Made by a program: the position numbers and the translations under genes. A stretch of DNA of 45,263 nucleotides from Candidatus Bipolaricaulota bacterium (GTDB taxonomy: Bacteria; Bipolaricaulota; Bipolaricaulia; UBA7950; UBA9294): NCBI GenBank assembly GCA_041302485.1, contig JBFYRA010000030.1, positions 1 through 45,263 on the forward strand. The letters run 5' to 3'. The notes beneath the pieces were generated by a model that was not told the origin of the DNA, ran no database searches, and saw only the letters and a list, made by a program, of their open reading frames with translations. This document shows, piece by piece, positions 1 to 9,099 of the stretch (within the stretch, counting starts at the first letter, position 1; each line of letters starts with the position of its first letter).

Positions 1-1394
1 TGCGCCGGGAGACGCAGACCATCGAGACGAAGAACGGCGTCGTGGAGAACCTGTCACTCGCCGACGGCTGCGGGTTTGGCGTCCGCGTCGTCGCCGACGG
101 CGCGTGGGGATTCGCCAGTTCGAGTCGGTTGGAGAAGGCCGAGATCGACCGCGTGGCGGCGCTGGCGGTAGCCATCGCCAAAGCGAGTGCGATCAGCAAG
201 CGAGCCGACGTCGACCTCGGCCCGGCCGAAGTCCACGTCGACACGTACCGTACTCCGGTCAAGATCGACCCCTTCGAGGTGTCGCTCGAGACGAAGATCG
301 ACTACCTCATGCGCGCCGACAAGGAGGCGAGAGCCGTTCCCGGCATTCGCGTCGTCGAGGGGACCCTCGGGTTTCAGCGAGAGACCAAGACGTTCGCTTC
401 GACGGAGGGAAGCTACATCGAGCAGGTGCTGGTCGAGAGCGGCGCGGGGAACGTCGTGATGGCGGTGTCCGAGGGCGAGATGCAGCAGCGGTCGTATCCG
501 AACTCGTTTGGACGCCACCAGGGAACCGGCGGATATGAGTTCATCGAGACGTGGGACCTGCCCGGGAACGCACGCCGCATCGCCGAGGAAGCGGTGGCCC
601 TTCTGGCTGCGCCCCAGTGTCCGAGCGGCGTGAAGACCATCATCCTCGACGGGCCGCAGCTCGGACTGCAGATTCACGAGTCGTGCGGCCATCCGTCCGA
701 GCTCGACCGCGTGTTCGGGACGGAAGCAGCGTTCGCCGGGACGAGTTTCCTGACCCCGGACAAGTACCGCACCCTGCGCTATGGATCCGATCTTGTGAAC
801 ATCGTTTCCGACGCTGTCACGCCGAGCGGTCTCGGCACGTACGGTTACGACGACGAGGGCGTGCCGGCCCAGCGGACGGACATCGTCAAGAAGGGGCAGT
901 TCGTCGGGTACCTGACGTCGCGCGAGTCGGCGCAGCAGCTCCGGAAGATCCATCCGGACGCTCCGGCCCGCTCGAACGGCACGATGCGTGCCGACGGATG
1001 GAATCGCACGCCGATCATCCGCATGAACAACGTGAGCCTGCTCCCGGGCGAGTGGACGCTTGACGATCTCATCGCCGACACCGACGACGGAATCTACATG
1101 GTCACCAACAAGAGCTGGTCGATCGACGACAAGCGGCTGAACTTCCAGTTTGGAACGGAGTTGGCTTACGAGATCAAGGGCGGCAAACTCGGCAAGGTAT
1201 TGAAGAACGCGACGTATACCGGCATCACACCTCAGTTCTGGGCCGGGTGCGACGCGATCTGCAATCAGGATCACTGGCACGTTTGGGGAACGCCGAACTG
1301 CGGCAAGGGTCAGCCCGGGCAGGTCGCTCACACGGGGCACGGCGCGGCACCGACGCGATTCCGCGACGTCCAGGTCGGCGTGATGAAGGGATAG
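1..1394 (+). CDS. tldD: TldD-family metalloprotease (TldD/PmbA fold), 5' end outside the window
   Basis: The frame is open from nt 3 (RRETQTIETKNGVVENLSL...), so the listed GTG at 42 is internal. The translation has the HExxxH-type block HESCGHPSELDRV and the conserved C-terminal GQPGQVAHTGHGAAPTRF block. Stop TAG is at 1392-1394. Confidence 0.85.
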   Translation, partial: RRETQTIETKNGVVENLSLADGCGFGVRVVADGAWGFASSSRLEKAEIDRVAALAVAIAKASAISKRADVDLGPAEVHVDTYRTPVKIDPFEVSLETKIDYLMRADKEARAVPGIRVVEGTLGFQRETKTFASTEGSYIEQVLVESGAGNVVMAVSEGEMQQRSYPNSFGRHQGTGGYEFIETWDLPGNARRIAEEAVALLAAPQCPSGVKTIILDGPQLGLQIHESCGHPSELDRVFGTEAAFAGTSFLTPDKYRTLRYGSDLVNIVSDAVTPSGLGTYGYDDEGVPAQRTDIVKKGQFVGYLTSRESAQQLRKIHPDAPARSNGTMRADGWNRTPIIRMNNVSLLPGEWTLDDLIADTDDGIYMVTNKSWSIDDKRLNFQFGTELAYEIKGGKLGKVLKNATYTGITPQFWAGCDAICNQDHWHVWGTPNCGKGQPGQVAHTGHGAAPTRFRDVQVGVMKG

Positions 1395-1437
1395 ACGCCG
1401 TGTGCTTCCCGCAATCTGTATGGGAACCTTGTCGGAG

Positions 1438-1462
1438 AGAGGGCGCCTTCGCGGCGCCCTCT
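1438..1462 (+). terminator. GC-rich hairpin downstream of tldD (possible terminator, no U-tract)
   Basis: Perfect 10-bp inverted repeat AGAGGGCGCC / GGCGCCCTCT with a 5-nt loop, about 44 nt after the tldD stop. Confidence 0.35.
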
Positions 1463-1532
1463 GCACGGTAACGGAACGCCGATTCGCTCGCGCGGGATCG
1501 TCGGATATGCTGGGGGGGATGGAGGGGTGGGT

Positions 1533-1694
1533 ATGGAAGGCATCGCAAAGCTGATCTCCGCGTCGGCGTGGGCGCTCGTGGCGCTGATGTTGGCGGCGGG
1601 AATCCCGTTCGCTTGGCGGAAGGTGCTTGCCTGGATCGAGGCGAAGTCGCAGGTCGCCATGGCGGAAGCAGTCCGTCGCATGATCGAGGAATAG
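1533..1694 (+). CDS. Small (53 aa) single-pass membrane protein, below the ORF-track length cutoff
   Basis: Hand translation: MEGIAKLISASAWALVALMLAAGIPFAWRKVLAWIEAKSQVAMAEAVRRMIEE*. GGAGGGG lies 8 nt before the ATG. Third codon positions are strongly G/C. One hydrophobic helix is followed by an amphipathic tail. The last 8 codons are the first copy of the 36-bp repeat. Confidence 0.5.
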   Translation: MEGIAKLISASAWALVALMLAAGIPFAWRKVLAWIEAKSQVAMAEAVRRMIEE

Positions 1695-1822
1695 CGACGG
1701 ATCCGAGTCCGCCGCATGATCGGGGAACAGCGACGGATCCGAGTCCGCCGCATGATCGAGGAATAGCGACGGATCCGAGTCCGCCGCATGATCGAGGAAC
1801 AGCGACGGATCCGAGTCCGCCC
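1671..1822. repeat. Four complete tandem copies plus one partial copy of a 36-bp unit GTCCGYCGCATGATCGRGGAAYAGCGACGGATCCGA
   Basis: Copies lie at 1671-1706, 1707-1742, 1743-1778 and 1779-1814, with a partial copy from 1815. Only 3 positions vary among the copies. The unit is 12 codons long, so all frames stay open across it. Confidence 0.95.
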
Positions 1823-1883
1823 GGTGGTCGAAGAAGCGGCGCCGGCTTCGCGTATCTGCGCCTCGTGCTTGTGGACCGTGACG

Positions 1884-1920
1884 GAGGCCCCACTCGCCTT
1901 CAATGGGCGAGTGGGGCCTC
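1884..1920. terminator. Bidirectional terminator-like hairpin between convergent genes
   Basis: Perfect 15-bp stem GAGGCCCCACTCGCC / GGCGAGTGGGGCCTC with a 7-nt loop. It lies between the small + strand ORF/repeat and the - strand RHH gene. Confidence 0.55.
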
Positions 1921-1943
1921 TCCTCTCGTGAGCGGCGCGGCGG

Positions 1944-2117
1944 TTACTGCTTGCGCTCTTCCTTGTCCAGGTACTGCAAGATCGCCTCGACGACGAGGTA
2001 GTTGATCGAGCGATCCTTCTTCTCTCCGATCTTCATCAGGCGCTCGACGGGCTGCTGTGCCGACTTGGACTTCGGCACGTAGATGCTCAACTTATCAACC
2101 AGTTCCTTCTTGGGCAT
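1944..2117 (-). CDS. Ribbon-helix-helix (CopG/Arc-like) small DNA-binding protein, 57 aa
   Basis: Hand translation: [57 protein letters not shown]. It has a beta-strand (KLSIYVP) followed by two helices. GGAGGGGA lies directly upstream of the ATG. The ORF is shorter than the track cutoff. Confidence 0.6.
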   Translation of the reverse strand: MPKKELVDKLSIYVPKSKSAQQPVERLMKIGEKKDRSINYLVVEAILQYLDKEERKQ

Positions 2118-2292
2118 GTCCCCTCCTCTCCCTCAGTGTCGCACTTGTCCTTACACCTCACGTCATCAATGGTTTCCTCTCCTTGTGCGGCTCGTGTGTG
2201 GAGAACGTCAATGTTTCGTGGAGCGCCTGATTCACCCTGCGCGTCCGGGCGTGCTCCACGCGCCGCGCCGTCGAGGGCCGGCGTCTCGGCGT

Positions 2293-2321
2293 TTGACTTC
2301 GCAAGAGCTCTTTCGTACGCT
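2293..2321 (+). promoter_or_regulatory. Sigma70-like promoter upstream of EF-G
   Basis: TTGACT-N17-TACGCT. The first 13 nt (TTGACTTCGCAAG) are identical to the candidate rpsF promoter at 26361-26389 on the minus strand. Confidence 0.4.
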
Positions 2322-2469
2322 CAGCGTCTACATTCCTGATCGTCTCCTGCTGGTCGGCATGTCGAATTCGCGCGCTCCCAAGAGATTGGGCTCCTGCGGA
2401 TCGATCTTGTCGACGGGGTCCCCAGGGAAACAGTGCTCTGCAGACGGACGGGGAACGGGGAGGACGCAC

Positions 2470-4557
<2,088 letters not shown>

Positions 4558-4642
4558 CAGCGGCCGGTCGACGCTCGCGGCTCTTCTCGTTTCTTCCTGC
4601 GGTCTGTGCGCCGTACACTGGAGGCAGACAGAGGAGGATCGC

Positions 4643-5194
4643 ATGGCATTCAGGAGTCTCTTCCTTGTGGCGGCCGGGATCACACTCTGCGCCGCGTGCG
4701 TGCACGCCGGGCCCGCACAGGATGTGTTGTCGGATCTCGCCGACTCCGCGCGCGGCGAGCGCATCGCGGCGGGCATCGTGACGATCGGCACGGGGGTGGC
4801 GCTCGGCGTGGCGAGCGCGCTCTTCCTTGGCCCCGACCTTGCCGTGTACGGGCTCATCGCTGCCGGAGTCGTCACGTTATCCGGCGTCGTTCCGCTGGTC
4901 GTTCCTTCGATGGCGGAGGTCGAGTTCGAGCAGGCCGGCGGGTCCGAGACCGAGGCGGCGCTTGCCCTCGCGCGGCTGGCGGATGAGGGGCGCAGAGCGC
5001 GCGTTCTCTCGGGGATCAGCAACCTCGCTGCCGGTGTCGCCACGCTCGTCTATCCGATCGACCTGTTCACGCCGTACGACTCCCTTGTTTCGGCGGTGAG
5101 CAGCTTCGGTATGGCCGTCTACGACTTCCTCGTTCCGTCGCCGGAAGAAGCCGCACTCGAACGATACGAGGTTCTCGCGGCCCAAGGGGCGTGA
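4643..5194 (+). CDS. Hypothetical membrane protein with signal peptide (183 aa)
   Basis: ATG preceded by GAGGAGGA. The N terminus MAFRSLFLVAAGITLCAACVHAGPAQ looks like a signal peptide, and several hydrophobic helices follow. I recognise no family. Confidence 0.55.
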   Translation: MAFRSLFLVAAGITLCAACVHAGPAQDVLSDLADSARGERIAAGIVTIGTGVALGVASALFLGPDLAVYGLIAAGVVTLSGVVPLVVPSMAEVEFEQAGGSETEAALALARLADEGRRARVLSGISNLAAGVATLVYPIDLFTPYDSLVSAVSSFGMAVYDFLVPSPEEAALERYEVLAAQGA

Positions 5195-5200
5195 CGCGGC

Positions 5201-5479
5201 TCAGCCGCTCGTCTTCCCCGGGATTGGCCGAGACGGCGAACGCGCCGAGCGTCGCTTCGATGGCGGGGCCTCATCGAAGCAGCCCTCGTGCCAGGCATAG
5301 ATGGAGACAGCGCTCGGGCCGTCGCTGTGCGGCCCACGGCTCGGAGAGCCGGCTCTCGACGACGCGCGGGGTCGTTCGGCGCTTCGCGGCCTTCGCGGCA
5401 CCGCGCCGAAGTGCGAGTCGCCGAACGGGCGCTCGTCGAAGTCGGCATCGCGCTGCGCCGCCTCAATCCTCCGTGCCAT
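5201..5479 (-). CDS. Hypothetical small protein (weak call)
   Basis: Good GAGGAGGAAGCAG-ATG start, and the first ~28 codons have good G/C third positions (MARRIEAAQRDADFDERPFGDSHFGAVP). The rest is R/S/P-rich and may be out of frame. Confidence 0.3.
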   Translation of the reverse strand: MARRIEAAQRDADFDERPFGDSHFGAVPRRPRSAERPRASSRAGSPSRGPHSDGPSAVSIYAWHEGCFDEAPPSKRRSARSPSRPIPGKTSG

Positions 5480-5659
5480 CTGCTTCCTCCTCGCTGTCTC
5501 ATGGATACGCTATATCGGCGTGCCGGCGCGGCGAGGGCGCGCGCCGGGCCACGACGCCCGCTCGGTCATTAGGAGAGGTGCCGCATGACGCGGCCGGCGC
5601 ATGCGGCCCGCGGGCGCTCTCCGTATACTGCTCGTCCAGAACCGGGTATGGAGGATGTC

Positions 5660-5944
5660 ATGACGCTCAGAGTGAACGAGTACTTCGGGGGGAATGTCAG
5701 GTCCATCGGATTCGAGGGAGAACGCGGCCGGGCGACGGTCGGCGTCATGAGCCCGGGGACGTATGAGTTCTCGACGTCGACGGTCGAGGTGATGACCGTG
5801 ATCGATGGCGTGCTTGAGGTGCGGCTTCCCAGGGAGGCGGCGCCGACCGTCTACCGAGTTGGGGACTCCTTCAGGGTCGGTGCGGGGGCGACCTTCCATC
5901 TCGACGTTTCGACGCCGACGGCCTACCACTGCCTGTATGCCTGA
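5660..5944 (+). CDS. ppnP: Pyrimidine/purine nucleoside phosphorylase PpnP (DUF1255/YaiE family), 94 aa
   Basis: MTLRVNEYFGGNVRSIGFEGERGRATVGVMSPGTYEFSTSTVEVMTVIDG... is collinear with E. coli PpnP (MLQSNEYFSGKVKSIGF...). GGAGGA lies 4 nt upstream. An alternative ATG at 5585 has an AGGAGAGG site, but the extra codons have low G/C third positions. Confidence 0.85.
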   Translation: MTLRVNEYFGGNVRSIGFEGERGRATVGVMSPGTYEFSTSTVEVMTVIDGVLEVRLPREAAPTVYRVGDSFRVGAGATFHLDVSTPTAYHCLYA

Positions 5945-5995
5945 TGATCGAGCCCGCACGATGGGGCCTCGAGATGCGGAGGGTCGCAGCGACCC

Positions 5996-6048
5996 TTGAC
6001 ACCCGAGGGTCGGGCGACGTATATATTAGATAACGCGTCGCCCTCGGG
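5996..6048 (+). promoter_or_regulatory. Promoter (TTGACA-N18-TATATA) embedded in an imperfect inverted repeat; candidate operator
   Basis: TTGACA lies at 5996-6001. An AT-rich 14-mer TATATATTAGATAA (about 6020-6033) is flanked by CCCGAGGGTCGGGCGACG and CGCGTCGCCCTCGGG. It lies about 80 nt upstream of the NifU-like gene. Confidence 0.4.
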
Positions 6049-6130
6049 CGGCGCGTTTCGCTTTCCATCGATCGACGCAGCGGGTACCCTTTCGGAGACG
6101 CGCCGTGGCGCGAAAGGAGTGGCTGTGACC

Positions 6131-6352
6131 ATGTACGACAAGGTCTTGGAGGCGCTTGAGGCGGTCAGGCCCATGCTGGTCGCGGACGGGGGCGACGTCG
6201 AGCTCGTCGAAGTCACCGAGCAGGGAGTCGTGCGCGTTCGGTTGCAGGGATCGTGTCACGGCTGCCCGATGTCGATGATGACGCTCAAGAACGGCATCGA
6301 GCGCATCGTCAGGGAACAGGTCCCCGGGGTCACGGCGGTCGAGGCCGTCTAG
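6131..6352 (+). CDS. NifU-like (Nfu C-terminal domain) Fe-S cluster carrier, 73 aa
   Basis: MYDKVLEALEAVRPMLVADGGDVELVEV...LQGSCHGCPMSMMTLKNGIERIV has the CxxC motif typical of the NifU C-terminal domain. AAAGGAG lies upstream, and an alternative GTG start is at 6125. Confidence 0.85.
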   Translation: MYDKVLEALEAVRPMLVADGGDVELVEVTEQGVVRVRLQGSCHGCPMSMMTLKNGIERIVREQVPGVTAVEAV

Positions 6353-6360
6353 GAGCGCGC

Positions 6361-6894
6361 GTGGAGGTTGTGGTCAATCGCGCGCCGTTCCTGACGCTCT
6401 GGGCGAGCGTCGTCGCGCGTCGTCTCGGCTACGACGCAGACGAGGCGCTGACCCTGGGGCGTGCGGTCGCGGGACAGACCGCCGCCGCAAAAGGGAAACG
6501 ACTCGGTCTCCTCGCGTCGCGTCCGGCCGAGGAGCGCGAACGACTGGAGCAACGTCGCCGGGAGGCGGGGGCGCAGACTATCGCATACATGGACAGAGAG
6601 ATCGCGTGCGTACGGACGCCAGCCGGGTTGCGCGCTCTTGCCGATGCGCGCCCGATCGACCCAGAGAGCGTGCGCCGGTACCTTGAAGACAAGTTCAAAG
6701 ACGCACTCCACCCGGTGGAGGAGAAGCTCTTGGCGGTCGCAAGAACCTTTCCCCCTGAGGAAATCTCGGCCTGCGCGATGGACCTGTACGTGGAGATGCG
6801 CCCGGCCGTAGCGTCCGGCCCCGCGGGTTGGGGGCAGGCGGGACGTCTCGACGTTGCGGCCATGGATCGCATCCTCGCCCGCCAGACGGAGTGA
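6361..6894 (+). CDS. Conserved hypothetical protein (177 aa)
   Basis: GTG lies 6 nt after GGAG, which overlaps the NifU stop. The protein-like sequence is VEVVVNRAPFLTLWASVVARRLGYDADEALTLGRAVAG... . I could not name a family. Confidence 0.6.
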   Translation: MEVVVNRAPFLTLWASVVARRLGYDADEALTLGRAVAGQTAAAKGKRLGLLASRPAEERERLEQRRREAGAQTIAYMDREIACVRTPAGLRALADARPIDPESVRRYLEDKFKDALHPVEEKLLAVARTFPPEEISACAMDLYVEMRPAVASGPAGWGQAGRLDVAAMDRILARQTE

Positions 6895-6988
6895 GTCCTG
6901 CGGCGAAGATATCTGCGCGGGTGGGTCGAAGGGGCAGCCGGCGCAAGCCCAGTGTGCGGGCTGGTCGCACCGGCCAAGGAGGAAGACC

Positions 6989-7879
6989 ATGAGCCAGGCG
7001 CCTTCTGGCGTCATCCTGATCACGGGGGCGTCGTCCGGCATCGGCCGCGCGTGCGCCGTGCACCTGGCGGGGCGTGGGTTCATCGTCTACGCGACGTCGC
7101 GGCGGAATGCCGCGGATCTCTCCCGCGATCTTCGGAGCGACCTCCCTCCGGGGGTACGCCTCGAAGCGCTCACGGCCGACGTGAATGACGATGCATCGGT
7201 GCGAGCAGCGGTGTCTCGCCTTCTCGAGGCAGAGCGGCGCATCGACGCCGTCGTTCACTGCGCCGGATTCGGGATCGGCGGCGCGGTCGAGGATGCCGAC
7301 GATGGCGAGACCAGGGCCATCCTGGAGACGAACGTCCTCGGAGCACTGCGCGTGTGCCGAGCGGTCCTGCCGACCATGCGGCGTCAGGGCGCCGGCCGAT
7401 TGCTCATCGTATCGTCGATCAGCGGACGCATCGCGCTTCCGTTCCAGGGGCTCTACAGCGCGACGAAGTACGCACTCGAGGGGCTGTTCGAGTCCATGAG
7501 CATGGAAGTGCGCTCTCACGGCGTGCGCGTCGTGCTGATCGAGCCGGGCGACTTCCGCACAGGGTTCACCGATCGCCGCCTTCGTTCGCGCAGTGCCGAC
7601 GAGCACAGCGCGTACCGCGAAGCCTTCGAGACAACGCTCCAGGTGATCGAGACCGACGAACGAGGCGCCTCAACGCCTGAGCCTGTCGCCCGATTGGTCG
7701 AGCGGGTCCTCGGCGTGCGGCGTCCGAGGCTCCGCTACACGATCGGGCCGTTGCCGCAACGGCTCGCCGTGCATGTGAAGAAGGTGCTCCCCGGCCGCGC
7801 GTTTGAGTGGATTCTGTCCCGCACCTATCGGCTGCCCCGGGGCGGGAGGCAGGGGGCTCAAGGAGGGCGACGTGGTTGA
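6989..7879 (+). CDS. Short-chain dehydrogenase/reductase (SDR), 296 aa
   Basis: AAGGAGGAAGACC-ATG start. TGASSGIGRA Rossmann motif, an NVLG block and the YSATK catalytic motif are present. Confidence 0.85.
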   Translation: MSQAPSGVILITGASSGIGRACAVHLAGRGFIVYATSRRNAADLSRDLRSDLPPGVRLEALTADVNDDASVRAAVSRLLEAERRIDAVVHCAGFGIGGAVEDADDGETRAILETNVLGALRVCRAVLPTMRRQGAGRLLIVSSISGRIALPFQGLYSATKYALEGLFESMSMEVRSHGVRVVLIEPGDFRTGFTDRRLRSRSADEHSAYREAFETTLQVIETDERGASTPEPVARLVERVLGVRRPRLRYTIGPLPQRLAVHVKKVLPGRAFEWILSRTYRLPRGGRQGAQGGRRG

Positions 7880-9095
7880 CCTGTTCGAGAAGTGCAGGGG
7901 ATTCCTCTCCGATCCGGCCGTGGCGGAGAGCATGGGGTATCCTGCGAGCCCGAGTCGAGCGAAGGAGCTCGGCATCTATCCGTTCTTCATTCCGCTTGAC
8001 GAGACTGAGGGGACGGAGGTCTCGATCGAGGGCCGTCGGCTCGTCATGCTGGGGTCGAACAACTACCTCGGGCTGACGACGCACCCTCTCGTCCGCGAGG
8101 CGGCGGCCGACGCGCTGCGGGAGTTCGGGACGAGTTGCACAGGATCTCGCTTCCTGAACGGAACCCTCGCCATTCACGGCGAGCTCGAGCGACGGCTCGC
8201 CCGGTTCGTCGGCAAGGAGAAGGCGCTCGTATTCAGCACGGGGTATCAGGCGAATCTCGGCGTCCTGTCCTCACTGATCGGGCGAAGCGACATCGTCGTC
8301 TGCGACAAAGAGGACCACGCGAGCATCATTGATGGGTGCCGTCTTGCGCTCGGGCGCATGGCTCGGTTTCGCCACAACCATCCGCAGGATCTGGACCGCG
8401 TGCTCGCCGCGTGTCCGCCCGGAGCCGGAAAACTGGTCGCGGTCGACGGCGTCTTCAGCATGGGCGGCGAGATCGTCCCCTTGCCCGAGATCGCGCCGGT
8501 GTGTCGCAAGCACGGCGCGCGGCTCCTCGTCGACGACGCTCATGCGATGGGCGTCCTTGGCGGCGGCCGCGGTACGGCCGTGCACTTCGGCATGGTCGAC
8601 GAGGTTGATCTGATCGTCGGCACGTTCAGCAAGTCGTTCGCCTCGATCGGCGGCTTCGTCGCCGGAGACGAGGCGGCCATCCACTGGATCCAGCACCTCG
8701 CGAGGTCGCTCATCTTCAGCGCTAGCCTGCCGGCGCCGAACGTCGCGGCGGCTCTTGCAGCTCTCGACGTGATGGAGCGGGAGCCGCAGCGAGTCGATCG
8801 CGTCAACGCCATTGCCGATCGCATGCGTCGCGGGTTCGTCGACCTCGGATTCGATGTCGGCAAGAGCCAGACGCCGATCATCCCCATCTTCATTGGGGAC
8901 TCCCTCGCCACGATGAAGGCGTGGCGCGCGCTGTTCGATGCGGGCGTCTACGTCAACGTGGCCATCCCGCCCGCCGTGCCTCCAGGCAAGGCACTGCTGC
9001 GCACAAGCTACATGGCGACGCACACCGAAGAGCAGATGGACCGCGTGCTTGACACCTTCTCCGCAGTCGGACGCTCGCTCGGCCTCGTCTCGTAG
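7872..9095 (+). CDS. PLP-dependent alpha-oxoamine synthase, serine-palmitoyltransferase-like (407 aa)
   Basis: GTG start after GGAGGG, overlapping the SDR stop by 8 nt. GIYPFFIPLD...GSNNYLGL, STGYQANLG, DDAHAMG and the PLP-lysine block GTFSKSFASIGGF are present. Overall collinearity with bacterial SPT sequences is from memory. Confidence 0.85.
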   Translation: MVDLFEKCRGFLSDPAVAESMGYPASPSRAKELGIYPFFIPLDETEGTEVSIEGRRLVMLGSNNYLGLTTHPLVREAAADALREFGTSCTGSRFLNGTLAIHGELERRLARFVGKEKALVFSTGYQANLGVLSSLIGRSDIVVCDKEDHASIIDGCRLALGRMARFRHNHPQDLDRVLAACPPGAGKLVAVDGVFSMGGEIVPLPEIAPVCRKHGARLLVDDAHAMGVLGGGRGTAVHFGMVDEVDLIVGTFSKSFASIGGFVAGDEAAIHWIQHLARSLIFSASLPAPNVAAALAALDVMEREPQRVDRVNAIADRMRRGFVDLGFDVGKSQTPIIPIFIGDSLATMKAWRALFDAGVYVNVAIPPAVPPGKALLRTSYMATHTEEQMDRVLDTFSAVGRSLGLVS

Positions 9096-9099
9096 ACTG

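Noticed and set aside
54-1466. 470-aa minus-strand ORF antisense to tldD. The same applies to 2158..4185 (-) antisense to EF-G, 21190..24108 (+, 972 aa) antisense to the SHMT-GcvT gene, 34639..35757 (-) and 34866..35801 (+) over the S-component gene, and 28419..29123 (-).
   Set aside because: These ORFs are Arg/Pro/Ala/Gly-rich with no recognisable motifs. Each lies opposite or out of frame to a gene with clear family signatures. Long open antisense frames are expected at this G+C content.
1692-1766. TAG reassignment or pyrrolysine read-through of the in-repeat TAG codons.
   Set aside because: TAG ends several well-supported genes here (tldD 1394, EF-G 4557, NifU-like 6352, the S component 35727 and the peptide genes). 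No pyl genes are seen. Copy-number variation is a simpler explanation.
1671-1822. CRISPR array. I also considered this for the 161-bp triplication at 26582..27041.
   Set aside because: The repeats are directly abutting with no unique spacers, and no cas genes are in the window.
1568-2005. 145-aa ORF encoding HDRG[IT]ATDPSPP repeats, plus the two minus-strand ORFs over the same repeat.
   Set aside because: These ORFs stay open only because the repeat unit is 36 bp (12 codons). They have no SD and poor composition. The frame continuing the SD-led 53-aa membrane ORF is the only one with gene-like features.
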